From contig NC_058368.1 in assembly GCF_018350175.1 (NCBI RefSeq), positions 190,714,001-190,778,000 on the forward strand: a stretch of 64,000 nucleotides of DNA. Direction: 5' to 3'. The stretch's first letter is position 1. The number at the start of each line of letters is the position of its first letter. Below the pieces are notes generated by a model. The model was not told the origin of the DNA. It saw only the letters and a program-made list of their open reading frames with translations, and did no database searches. Shown in pieces: positions 13,201 through 26,005 of the stretch. Origin of the DNA: Felis catus. Lineage: Eukaryota. The translations under genes and the position numbers were made by a program.

Positions 13201-13644
13201 TTATAATTTGTTGTTATTTTACTATTTTAAATGTCTCTACTAGCACTATAGTTTATATATCAAACCTCACACAGGCTTTATGAAATGAGTCACATTTTTT
13301 TCTTTTATAAATAAGGCATCCAAGTTGTTAGGTGATCTGTTGAAGATCACATAACTAGTACGATTTCAGGACTGAACCAAAGTCATAACTCAGGTCTGTA
13401 TGAGTTCAAGGTTGAGAATATTGTGCAGATGTTTTGGTGCTTCATAAGTGCTGGCTTTGTTGTTCTTGTTAATTAAATTCTTAGGGACTTGGGCTTTTTG
13501 GTTGAGTAAAGACATTTGAACCTATGTCAGGTACAATGAAGTGTGTGAGGTTCTATAATCTAGCAAAATATAACTGTGCCTACAGGATTACACATCTCCT
13601 TCTCCTTTCTTAGGGTTAACCATACCAGATGGCTCTGATTTTTT

Positions 13645-13960
13645 CTCATTTATTTATTTTGCATTCAACAACTATTTATTGAATAACTACTATGTGTTAG
13701 GCACTGTGTTAGACCCTAATGATAAAAAAAAGAAAGTTGCCCTGCTTTCATGGTACTTTTGGCTCACCAGGGATACAAAGATGAATAAAACATGCTTAAA
13801 AGTGAATGGGCAATACAAAACAGAAGTAAATGCAATGGAGGAGAAATGTGAGGGCTCTAAAAGCTTAGAGTATGGGGTAAAGTATAAGGAGATGATGTTT
13901 AAGCTCAGCATGGAATTTAATCAGGCAAAAGGAAGGGAATCTATGGAGTCATTGATGGGA
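13645..13960 (-). mobile_element. L2 3' end
   Basis: cattcaacaactatttattgaataactactatgtgttaggcactgtgttag. Confidence 0.75.
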
Positions 13961-15454
13961 AGATCTGTGTTTCATGAGCTTACAAAATTTACAGACTCAG
14001 TAAAACCTTACAGAATGAAGATATTCTGATATTTCCTACCATCTCATGTGGTTCCCTTAGATGTAAACATCTTTACATACTGGGCATAAGTTCTTTTGAG
14101 ACTTATGCTTGACTGTCATTCACCCAGATGCCCCCCATTCCCTGCTATCAGAGGAACACAAGTGGAGTGGTGCCTTTTCCTTCTATATTTTATCACTGTT
14201 GTTGGCACTTACCTCCTGCACTGAAATGTGTCAATTGTTTTAATACCTTTCGCCTTCTTGGGGATTCTAAGTTAAACCCATGCAAATGTGTGCTGGCAGA
14301 AGGATGCACAGGGAAGGGAAGGACTTTAAACATCCGTTAATCCACTGTGTGTGTTGTATGTGTATACATTCTGTGTCAGTACTTTTGAGACTCTCGGTGC
14401 TGATACTGTGCCCAGCCATTAAGTGCTGTGGGGTGTAAAACTAAGCTTCCCCCAGTCCTTGACCCCTCATACTTCAGTGCCATAGAGAACCCAACCCCTG
14501 CTGGTCAGATGATGTCCTCTGTCTCTCTTATGAGTTGCACATGCTGGTTTCTTCCTCCATTTCCAATTAGTTTTCTGCCTAGTACTTTAACGTTCCTTGC
14601 TCATGTCTTGGTCCCTGTGTTAAAACTCTAAAGCAGCTAGAGGACAGCCTGAAGATAATGCCTTTTTGGTAGAAGCTGAAAAGATTTTTACATTTATGCA
14701 GTTTGATTTTGGAGAAGAGGGGTGAAGCAAAAGTCAACAATTTTTTTGTTCCAGCGTAAATGTTTTCTAAAGAATTATTTCTTGCTACCTGCCCACATTA
14801 GAATCTATTTGACATGTACACTTGTCCAGACACCTTCTGAAATTTTATTTTAGAAGTTTTCAGGTGGCTGTCACGTCTTGTGAGAAAATGTAAGATTTTA
14901 TTTCTCAATGAGAAGGGATCTACAAATTTACTACTTAGGTGTTTCATACCATTAAAACTGTGGTGCTGCACCTGTTTTTGACATCTATTTTTGACTGACA
15001 TCCCACAATTATCTTTTCCCTTTTTAAAATTACATATCCTCGAATAAATCAGCAACATGTGTCATATTTGATCCTCAGTAAGTAAAGTCCTAGGAAATGT
15101 ACCAGATAGAAAATGCACCTAGTTTTTCACCCTTTTTATATATACTTTAAGCAGGTTTTCATTAAATCCAGTGCCAGGGAACATGTTACTTTAGCTACAG
15201 TGAACTCCTTCATTACGCAAGCCCTCAATTAAATGAAAGCCTGCTGAGATTATATTTTCACCTTCGTGACAGCATTTGGTTTGGCTACTTTATTTGAGGC
15301 GATCCATTTTCAGGTGGACAGCTTCGAACTGGAATATTTTTCATCAGTAATCCCAAATTGAGAAATCAATCAAGAATATGGATAACAGTCAAACATTAAA
15401 AACATCACTGTGATGATTAATATTGTAGTGCTTCTTTTATTTAATGATTATGTT

Positions 15455-15885
15455 TGCTCTCCCCCATCATCTATAGGTTGAGATCCAAATTTATTACCAT
15501 GGCTTTCAATTATTTCCATCATCCATTCCTCACGTACCCCTCCAGCACTGTCTCCTATTGCTTCCTGTCCCAAATGCTCTGTCGACATTGTCATTACACT
15601 TCTCCTGTACCATACATGTGCTTTCTTGTCTCCATGCTGGACCACGTGCTGCTGCCTCTCCCTGCTGGATGGCTGTCACCTCTGGTGAATTCCTACTCAT
15701 CTTTGAGCCTCAGCACACATGACTAACCATCTGTGGTGTTTCTGTGCCTTTTATATAAGCCTGTTATAAGACTACACGTTTAGTGGGTGATGTATTCATT
15801 GAGATGGGGACGGTGATTTTATTCATCTTTGTACTCCGAATATCTAAGCATTCATAATATATGCTTAGTTAGTTGACGGAATGAA
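15455..15885 (+). mobile_element. L2 3' fragment
   Basis: aattcctactcatctttgagcctcagc...ttattcatctttgtactcc...gcttagttagttgacggaatgaa. Confidence 0.65.
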
Positions 15886-16134
15886 GTACATGACTCTAAA
15901 GCTGTAAAGGCCTTCTGAAACCCACAGAGTGCATTTCAACCTGGATTGTCTTACTTAATGGTATTAGCACACCCATTTTGCAAATGGGAAAACAGGAAGC
16001 CAGGGAGGGGTAAGTCCCTGATCGTAAGTGGTAGACTCAGGACTGTCTGAGTCTAATGTCAAGATTCTAATACTTATGATATCAGTCTGGCATGTGAGCA
16101 GAATATAAAGTATGGATTAAAACTTGTAAGAGGT

Positions 16135-16325
16135 AGTCTAGTACCCAAAAGAATCCAGGCCTGGGAATCAGGATATTTTGTTTCCAGTGCTGACCACCCC
16201 ACTTAGCTATGGGGCTTGAGGCAGGCCACTCTCTCTTTCTGGGCCTAGACTTCCTCCGGTAACAAGAGAGGACTAGACCTGGTAATTGCCATGGGCTATT
16301 TGTATCTTTAACTCTTAAGAATTCT
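16135..16325 (+). mobile_element. MIR-family relic
   Basis: ggcctgggaatcagga...acttagctatggggcttgaggcagg...ctctctttctgggcct. Confidence 0.55.
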
Positions 16326-18186
16326 CCTCCCTGAAAGGCTCCTCCCTACATACAGCCTACAGAATGGTTACTAAGTAGAAACCAGCTGCATACTGAACAA
16401 TTCCTCATTCCAGATTAAAAAAAAAAATTCTTAGTGCTTGCTCCAGGGAAGAAATTTTCTTTGTTTGGGAAATTATTTTGATATGACACTTGAGGGAAAG
16501 ACAAGACCCCAAGGGCACAGGTCAACAGGAACGTGAGTTACCAAGAGTGTAACTAAAGTGATAGTTATCAGACATAATCCAGATTGTTGGCGGATGGAGG
16601 AGTAGACAGTAGGGAGAGAAGAAAGAAGGAAAGACTGCCAGAGAAGACACAGGGACCAGGAAATGTGATCTGGAGACTGTTGGGAAAAAGAATATTCACA
16701 TACTACTGAATTTTAGCTCGTTTTGCTTTCTTAAAACTTTAAGAAAATCTGTACACACCAGAGCCATTTGTGAGTAGTACTTTTGGTGGAAATTAAATGA
16801 AAAATGTGGAGATCCAAGTTTAAATCAATGTCTTAGGAAACAGACCACTTGAGCTGGATAACGAGATGCCCTTTCAGAGTACATGGTATGTAGTTCATGC
16901 AGCGCTCAAGGGTGACGTGTGCACACAGTGCAGAGGCAATTCAAATCCTAGGTGTAGTAGGTTTGTGGACTTATAATTTTCCAATACATGGAAATAAGGG
17001 TCCTGTTCATAAAAAAAAAAAAATCACCATGTTATGACAAATGTCTGACAGATGGACATGTTGGAGGAAAGGATGCCTTTTTCTATTCTGCACAAAAGTG
17101 ATGTCTGGTCTCTTGGTGGTACTCACTCTTAAACCAAATACACTCACAGAATAGAAGTTCAAAATCAGAGGTGATCAGAGGTCATCAGGAAACTTGACAG
17201 AGGACCGTGGGACAGACATTACAGTTTTCTCAAACTGTCAAAAAGAGTTTTGAAGCAATCACTTGTAAGTAGATATTAGAGGGCAGGATTTCGGCAGATG
17301 TCCAACTCACATAGTAACAAAGTGGTACTAGGTACATCAACAGAAACCCATACAAATGCTACTTTCTCCACTGCTCTCTATTATATACACATACTTGCTT
17401 GAACTTTTACATGAAGAAGACGAGGAAGAAAAATTGGAGTACCCAATGTGGTACTGGCATCCCACAGAATTATCCAGCGGTGTTATCAAGGCTGTAACAA
17501 GGAAATCGCGGGTTGCCCACGTGTGGAAGATACTTCAGCGTCTTTCTCTCACCCCCAATTAAAATGTGAATAGGGCATAAACTGCTCCCTCTGAGCGTTT
17601 TTTAATTTTAATTTTTTTGCATTTGGAGGACAGAGAGAGAATTCTCAATTGCTTGCATACATTTCCCTTTCACTGATCAGTTTACAAGCATTCATATCAC
17701 CACACACAAACTGTAATTTCCTCTTTGTTATCTTTGCTTCCTTCAGACAAACATGATTCACCGAAGAAATAATAATGAGCCATTACCTCTGATGTAACGG
17801 CTGCCTGCATTGTCGAAATGGGAGTGTGCCCAGACTGGAGATTAATGTGGTATTAAGGAAGGCAGAGTACATTCCACTTCTAGATGGTGCAAACACCCCA
17901 CAGTTTACTGTGTACTTTTTCATATACTTATCTAAAACCTTTTTTTCCCCACAGTCATACGTAGAATCCGAACCCTGTAAGCTACTATCTAGTAACAGTT
18001 ATTCTAATAATCATTAGTTTCTTCACTCACTCACTCACCCATTCATCAACCGCTCCACCTACCAAATTATTCAGCAAAACTTTATTGAATATCCACTAAT
18101 GTGTGAGGCACTCTTTCAGAGTTCATAATACTCAGAGTGTGGACAGTGATGGGGGCATGTGACACAAGAGCTGTCCTCTTGAAACT

Positions 18187-18363
18187 CAGTGATCAACCTT
18201 GGCTACACTCTGGAATCACCAGGCATGCTCTAAACAATACCAAGGCTTAAGTGGCACCTCTAGAGATTCTGATTTAATTGTCCTGGGATGGCAACTAGGA
18301 GTCAGGGTCATTTTTTAAACTTCTCAGGTGGTTTGAATATGAAGCAAAGGTTGAGGATCACTG
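18187..18363. mobile_element. MER5A-like hAT-Charlie DNA transposon
   Basis: Terminal inverted repeats cagtgatc-aacctt / aaggttgaggatcactg; internal agagattctgatttaattg. Confidence 0.8.
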
Positions 18364-18789
18364 GCTTAGAGTTTGCAACTCAGTCAGGCAGACAAAGAAT
18401 AAGTAAGTGAACAACATAATAATAATTACATGAAACAAAAGGCCATGAAGAGTGGTGTTTTGTGCTTTCTGGTTAGCTCCAACAAATCTCCATTCTGAGA
18501 TAAGGCCCAAGGCTTAGTAGGCTGTGACTGAAAACTAAATTTTGTGGATCTGTGTCTTCCCACATTTTTTCCATGGTGAGGTTGTGGTTATAACAGACAT
18601 TACCCTTGTGGCAGATTATCAGTGAGGCAATGGTCAGGATGCTGAACCTTCGGCTTTTCTTGCTGTGTCAAGTTACTTGTTCTGATCAGAAAATCTGAAA
18701 GCTTTTGCTTTTGAGTGCAATTGAAGGCATAAGAAATGAAATAGGGAGATTTAAATTCCTTTTGTTCTCTGAGGACAGATTCCTTTTGC

Positions 18790-19040
18790 ATGGTGGTATG
18801 GTTTAGCAGAAAGAGTATAAAGTCAGGCCAAGTGCTATTATTCTTCCTGGCTCCCTGAATATCTTCGTACAAGCTCCTGAACTTCTATGAGTTTCTGGCT
18901 CCTTACCCATAAAACAGGGATGATCATGGATGGGGCTTCTTCCCAGAGGTGCTTCTTCTGATATGAAGATTAAATGACATAAGACACACAAGGAACTAAG
19001 CTGGTTCTAGGCATAGGATGTTCTCCATAAATACTGACCA
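18790..19040 (+). mobile_element. MIR SINE relic
   Basis: ggtatggtttagcagaaagagtat...atgaagattaaatgacataag...ctccataaatactg. Confidence 0.55.
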
Positions 19041-19044
19041 CTTT

Positions 19045-19185
19045 GCCTGGGTATTCAAAGTCTCCCCTTCTAGACAATAAACTCCATGAGGGCAAAGACC
19101 ATACCCGTCTTGGTTGTCATTGCATCCCTAGCACCTAGGTCCAATGCACAGCATGCATTCAAATATTCGTAGAAGGAATACATTC
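19045..19185 (+). mobile_element. L2 3' end
   Basis: aaactccatgagggcaaagacc...tgcatccctagcacctag...ttcaaatattcgtagaaggaat. Confidence 0.7.
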
Positions 19186-19470
19186 ATTTGTGTTATATTT
19201 ACATGTCTAGTTCAGTAACTCCAACTAGAACCCTGCCCAGTAAAGTGCCCAGATTTGAGCAGCAACTGTCATCTCAAAGATTCTTGAACAAGGCCTAATG
19301 GGGAAGATGGCGGCGTAGGAGGATGCTGGGCTCACCGTGTCCTGCTGGTCACTTATATTCCACCTACACCTGCCTAATAACCCAGAAAACCACTAGAAGA
19401 CTAGCAGAATGGACTCTCCAGAGCCAAGCACAGACGAGAGGCCCATGGAAGAAGGTAGGAAGGGCGGAGA

Positions 19471-20317
19471 GGTTAATGAACTGATAAAAAATGATTTAAA
19501 CAATATAACAGAAAGTGAATTTAGAATAATACTCATAAAATTAATCGCTGGGCTTGTAAACAGTATAGAGGACAGCAGAGAATCTATTGCTACAGAGATC
19601 AAGGGACTAAGGAACAGCCAGGAGGAGCTAAAAAATGCTATAAATGAACTGCAAAATACAATGGAGATGACCACGGCTCGGACTGAAGAGGCAGAGGAGA
19701 GAATAGGTGAACTAGAAGATAAAGTTAGGGAAAAAGAGGAAGCTGAGAAAAAGAGAGATTAAAAAAAAATCCAGGAGTATGAGGGGAAAATTAGAGAACT
19801 AAGTGATGCACTAAAGAGAAATAATCTATGCATAAGTGGTATTCCAGAGGAGGAAGAGAGAGGGAAAGGTGCTGAAGGTGTACTTGAAGAAATAATAGCT
19901 GAGAACTTCCCTGATCTGGGGAAGGAAAAGGCATTGAAATCCAAGAGGCATAGAGAACTCCCTTCAGACGTAACTTGAATTGATCTTCTGCACCACATAT
20001 CATAGTGAAACTGGCAGAATACAAGGATAAAGAGAAAATTCTGAAAGCAGCTAGGGATAAACGTGCTCTAACATATAAAGGGAGACCGATAAGACTTGTG
20101 ACCGATCTCTCTACTGAAACTTGGCAGGCCAGAAAGGAATGGCAGGAAATCTTCCATGTGATGAACAGAAAAAATATGCAGCCGAGAATCCTTTATCCAG
20201 CAAGTCTGTCATTTAGAATAGAAGTAGAGATTAAAGGTCTTCCCAAACAAACAAAAACTGGAGGAATTCGTCACCACTAAACCAGCCCTACAAGAGATCC
20301 TAAGGGGGATCCTGTGA
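19471..20317 (+). pseudogene. L1 ORF1p (RNA-binding chaperone) remnant, N-terminus missing
   Basis: Coiled-coil (KGLRNSQEELKNAINELQN...EAEERIGELED) and CTD (YKGRPIRLVTDLS, PRILYPA) peptides; stops at 19760, 19951 and 19981 and frameshifts; terminal TGA 20315-20317. Confidence 0.92.
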
Positions 20318-20368
20318 GACAAAGTACCAGAGACATCACTACAAGCATGAAACCCTACAGACATCACA

Positions 20369-23300
20369 ATGACTCTAAACCCATATCTTTCTATAATAAC
20401 ACTGAACGTAAATGGACTAAATGCACCAACCAAAAGACATAGGGTATCAGAATGGATAAAAAAACAAGACCCATCTATTTGCTGCCTACAAGAGACTCAT
20501 TTTAGACATGAGGACACCTTCAGATTGAAAGTGAGGGGATGGAGAACTATTTATCATGCTACTGGAGGTCAAAAGAAAGCTGGAGTAGCTGTACTTATAT
20601 TAGACAAACTAGACCTTAAATTAAAGGCTGTAACAAGAGATGAAGAAGGGCATTATATAATAATTACAGGGTCTATCCATCAGGAAGAGCTAACAATTAT
20701 AAATGTCTATGCGCCGAATACGGGAGCCCCCAAATATATAAAACAATTACTCACAAACATAAGCAACCTTATTGATAAGAATGTGGTAATTGCAGGGGAC
20801 TTTAACACCCCACTTACAGAATTGGATAGATCATCTAGACACACGGTCAATAAGGAAACAAGGGCCCTGAATGATACATTGGATCAGATGGACTTGACAG
20901 ATATATTTAGAACTCTGTATCCCAAAGCAACAGAATATACCTTTTTCTCGAGTGCACATGGAACATTCTCCAAGATAGATCATATACTGGGTCACGAAAC
21001 AGCCCTTCATAAGTATACAAGAATTGAAATCATACCATGCATACTTTCAGACCACAATGCTATGAAGCTTGAAATCAACCACAGGAAAAAGTCTGGAAAA
21101 CCTCCAAAAGCATGGAGGTTAAAGAACACCCTACTAAAGAATGAGTGGGTCAACCAGGCAATTAGAGAAGAAATTAAAAAATATATGGAAACAGACAAAA
21201 ATGAAAATACAACAATCCAAATGCTTTGGGATGCAGCGAAGGCAGTCCTGAGAGGAAAATACATTGCAATCCAGGCCTATCTCAAGAAACAAGAAAAATC
21301 CCAAATACAAAATCTAACAGCACACCTAAAGGAAATAGAATCAGAACAGCAAAGACAGCCTAAACCCAGCAGAAGAAGAGAAATAATAAAGATCAGAGCA
21401 GAAATAAACAATATAGAACCTAAGAAAAAACTGTAGAGCAGATCAACGAAACCAAGAGTTGGTTTTTTGAAAAAATAAACAAAATTGATAAACCTTTAGC
21501 CATGCTTCTCAAAAAGAAAAGGGAGATGACCCAAATAGATAAAATCATGAATGAAAATGGAATTATTACAACCAATCCCTCAGAGATACAAGCAATTATC
21601 AGGGAATACTATGAAAAATTATATGCCAACAAATTGGACAACCTGGAAGAAATGGATAAATTTCTAAACATGCACACACTTCTAAAACTCAATCAGGAGG
21701 AAATAGAAAGCTTGAACAGACCCATAATCAGCGAGGAAATTGAATCAGTTATCAAAAATCTCCCAACAAATAAGAGTCCAGGACAAGATGGCTTCTCTGG
21801 GGAGTTCTACCAGACTTTTAAAGCAGAGATAATACCTATCCTTCTCAAGCTATTCCAAAAAATAGAAAGGGAAGGGAAACTTCCAGACTCATTCTATGAA
21901 GCCAGTATTACTTTGATTCCTAAACCAGACAGAGACCCAGTAAAAAAAGAAAACTATAGGCCAATCTCCCTGATGAATATGGATGCAAAAATTCCCAATA
22001 AGATACTAGCAAATCAAATTCAACAGCATATAACAAGAATTATCCACCATGATCAACTGGTATTCATTCCTGGGATGCAGGGCTGGTTCAACATTCACAA
22101 ATCAATCAACGTGATACATCACATTAATAAAAGAAAAGATAAGAACCATATGATCCTGTCAATCGATGCAGAAAAGGCATTTGACAAAATTGAGCAATGT
22201 TTCTTAATAAAAACCCTCGAGAAAGTCGGGATAGAAGGAACATACTTAAACATCATAAAAGCCATTTATGAAAAGCCCACAGCTAACATCATCCTCAATG
22301 GGGAAAAACTGAGAGCTTTTTCCCTGAGATCAGGAACACGACAGGGATGTCCACTCTCACCACTGTTGTTTAACATAGTGTTGGAAGTGCTAGCATCAGC
22401 AATCAGACAGCAAAAGGAAATCAAAGGCATCAAAATTGGCAAAGATGAAGTTAAGCTTTCACTTTTTGCAGATGACATGATATTATACATGGAAAACCTT
22501 ATAGACTCCACTCAAAGTCTGCTAGAACTGATACGTGAATTTAGGAAAGTTGCAGGATACAAAATCAATGTACAGAAATCAGTTGCATTCTTATACACTA
22601 ATAATGAAGTAACAGAAAGACAAATACAGAAACTGATCCCATTCACAATTGTACCAAGAAGCATAAAATACCTGGGGATAAATCTAACCAAAGATGTAAA
22701 AGATCTGTATGCTGAAAACTATAGACAGCTTATGAAGGAAATTGAAGAAGATATAAAGAAATGGAAAAACATTCTGTGCTCATGGATTGGAAGAATAAAT
22801 ATTGTCAAAATGTCAATACTACCCAAAGCTATCCACACATTCAATGCAATCCCAGTCAAAATTGCACCAGCATTCTTCTCGAAGCTAGAACAAGCAATCC
22901 TAAAATTCATATGGAACCACAAAAGGCCCCGAATAGCCAAAGTAATTTTGAAGAAGAAGATCAAAGCAGGAGGCATCACAATCTCAGACTTTATCCTCTA
23001 CTGCAAAGCTGTAATTATCAAGACAGCATGGTATTGGCACAAAAACAGACACAGAGACCAATGGAATAGAATAGATACCCCAGAACTAGACCCACAAACG
23101 TATGGCCAACTAATCTTTGACAAAGCAGAACAGAACATCCAATGGAAAAAAGACAGTCTCTTTAACAAATGGTGCTGGGAGAACTGGACAGCAACATGCA
23201 GAAGGTTGAAACTAGACCACTTTCTCACACCATTCACGAAAATAAACTCAAAATGGATAAAGGACCTGAATGTGAGACAGGAAACCATCAAAACCCTAGA

Positions 23301-24196
23301 GGAGAAAGCAGGAAAAAGGCCTCTCTGACCTCAGTCATAGCAATTTCTTACTTGACACATCCCCAAAGGCAAGGGAATTAAAAGCAAAAATGAACTAATG
23401 GGACCTCATGAAGATAAAAAGCTTCTGCACAGGAAAGGAAACAACCAACAAAACTAAAAAGCAACCAATGGAATGGGAAAAGATGTTTGCAAATGACATA
23501 TCAGACCAAGGGGTAGTATCCAAAATCTATAACGAGCTCACTAAACTCCACACCCGAAAAACAAATAATCCAGTGAAGAAATGGGCAGAAAACATGAACA
23601 GACACTTCTCTAAAGAAGACATCCGGATGGCCAACAAGCACATGAAAAGATGCTCAATGTCGCTCCTCATCAGGGAAATACAAATCAAAACCACACTCAG
23701 GTATCACCTCACGCCAGTCAGAGTGGCCAAAATGAACAAATCAGGAGACTATAGATGCTGGAGAGGATGTGGAGAAACGGGAACTCTCTTGCACTGTTGG
23801 TGGGAATGCAAATTGGTGCAGCCACTCTGGAAAACAGTGTGGAGGTTCCTCAAAAAATTAAAAATAGACCTACCCTATGACCCAGCAGTAGCACTGCTAG
23901 GAATTTACCCAAGCGACGCAGGAGTACTGATGCATAGGGGCACTTGTACCCCAATGTTTATAGCAGCACTTTCAACAATAGCCAAATTATGGAAAGAGCC
24001 TAAATGTCCATCAACTGATGAATGGATAAAAAAATTGTGGTTTATATACACAATGGAGTACTACATGGCAATGAGAAAGAATGAAATATGGCCCTTTGTA
24101 GCAATGTGGATGGAACTGGAGAGTGTTATGCTAAGTGAAATAAGCCATACAGAGAAAGACAGATACCATATGATTTCACTCTTATGTGGATCCTGA
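20369..24196 (+). pseudogene. L1 ORF2p (APE endonuclease, reverse transcriptase, Cys-rich C-terminus), disrupted
   Basis: ORFs 20369-21436 (LNVNGL, QETH, NVYAPN, GDFN, SDH), 21502-23328 (RPISL, QGCPLSP, FADD), 23408-24196 ([18 protein letters not shown]); frameshifts near 21430 and 23315; in-frame TAA at 23396-23398. Confidence 0.97.
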
Positions 24197-25769
24197 GAAA
24201 CTTAACAGAAACCCATGAAGGAGGGGAAGGAAAAAAAAAAAAGCTTAGAGTGGGAGAGAGCCAAAGCATAAGAAACTCTTAAAAACTGAGAACAGACTGA
24301 GGGCTGATGGTGGGTGGGTGATGGGTATTGAGGAGGGCACCTTTTGGGATGAGCACTGGGTGTTGTATGGAAACCAATTTGACAATAAATTAAAAAAAAA
24401 AGACTCTTGAACAGGTTCAACTTGTCAAATGGTGCTCTATGTCTGCTTCGCATTGTCCTACTTTATAGGCTGTGTCCCCAGATCTTATCAAGTTTTTCCG
24501 TTGGAACATGGGAGTGCTGGTGAACCAAAGGATCAGCATTGCTTAGCTTATCCTGAGGTCCCAGGCTCTGTCTTAAGTGCTACCCCAGAGAGTACATGAA
24601 AACTGTTTCAACCCATGTGCTATTCATCCACAGGACCTCATTAGTATTGTCTGGTCAAGTGATGCCAGTCCTTTGAAAAATACTGCTGAGGTTTGCTTTT
24701 CATGACCATGGTGATATCTAACTATTATTACCAAAGAGAATTCATTTGATTGGCAAAACCACAGCACTCACTCTGTCTTGCAGGTTCATCTGGCCTGGTA
24801 ATAGGCTGCAGGCAAGAAGCAAGTGTTCAATGATGGCAACCTAAGGTTATTAGATAAAAATCCATGTAAGCCAAGTGAAAAAGAGGTACCCATTCTGGCC
24901 TTTGGGGGAAGAAAACACTGCAACTCATAAGGGTGCAATTTAATGAAGGATCAAAACCTTTATGAAGGTATGTGAGAATAAATGGGTGAGCTCTAGGAAG
25001 GTACAAAAGAGTCAATGTGAAAAATGTTAAAAGAAATCTCATTAGGATTTCATGTGTAATTTCATTCTCCTGCTGGGCTTATGAGAGAGCCATTGATTCC
25101 TGGTGGCAGTTGACAACCATGATGAAAGGTACCCAGATGAGGCTTCTTATTTCTGGGATTTTCTACCTGGTTTGTCCCCCAGGGAAGCTGGTCTAAGCTT
25201 CTGTCTCCTTTCTAGAAATGGTTGAAGAAGCTAGGAGGGGCAGTGTTTTGGTCAAGGCAGTGTTAGAGTTAGTGGATTTTAAAACATTTTAAAACTTACG
25301 AGCTAATTTGTTTTTCCTTTTTAAACAATGTTTCCACCTCCATCCTCACCATATTGTGACGAAATTCAGAAAAAGGTCAAAAGCTATTTGCTGTATGAGT
25401 GCTTAAAACATTCAGCTTTCATGCATAACCACAACACTTAACCACTTCATCCTGTGTAGTGCAACCTCTCAGTTTCCCTTTCCTTAGGACAAGGTTTGCC
25501 TCTCTAATGCATGAATACAAATGGCAAATGGCTTTGCTCTAAGAAAATTTCCAAAGCTGGGTTAAAGTTCACTATTAATGTTTGTTACTTTGATTGCCTT
25601 ACACTTTGTTTTATTGTTGTTTTGATTATATTGACTTGTATAAAATAGGCTAGGAATCCACTGCTGACTATTTTCTACGGGAGGCAAATGACAGAGCAAA
25701 ATTACCCCTATCACTGGACAGGTCCCGTGGGCATAATCCAGAATGAGTAATGGTCTGTTGCTTCAACAA

Positions 25770-26005
25770 CAAAGTCCTCAAAACTAACATCTGAATCCCT
25801 ACATTCTAGGTATGTGTGAAGTTGTTCGTATACATCATGCTATTTGGTTCTCACAAGCCTTTCTGAATTGGTGCTGTTCTCGTCCCCCTGTTCACAAATG
25901 AGGCAGCTGACATAGAGGTTTTAAAACCTTGTCCAGAGGCATATCCTAGCAGTGAAGGACAACACGGGGATCTAGGGTCTAGTAGTCAGGCTCTAGAATC
26001 TTCCC
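25770..26005 (-). mobile_element. MIR SINE relic
   Basis: ttctcacaagcc...cccctgttcacaaatgaggcagctgacatagaggtt...cttgtccagagg. Confidence 0.6.

Larger units (their letters stand above)
19300..24398 (+). mobile_element. Felid LINE-1, about 5.1 kb, 5' terminus retained, internal 5'UTR/ORF1 deletion, inactive
   Basis: Starts ggggaagatggcggcgtagg (L1 5' end with YY1-like aagatggc); ORF1 and ORF2 remnants; 3'UTR, aataaa, polyA; TSD aaaga(t/c)tcttgaaca at 19276-19290 and 24399-24413. Confidence 0.97.
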
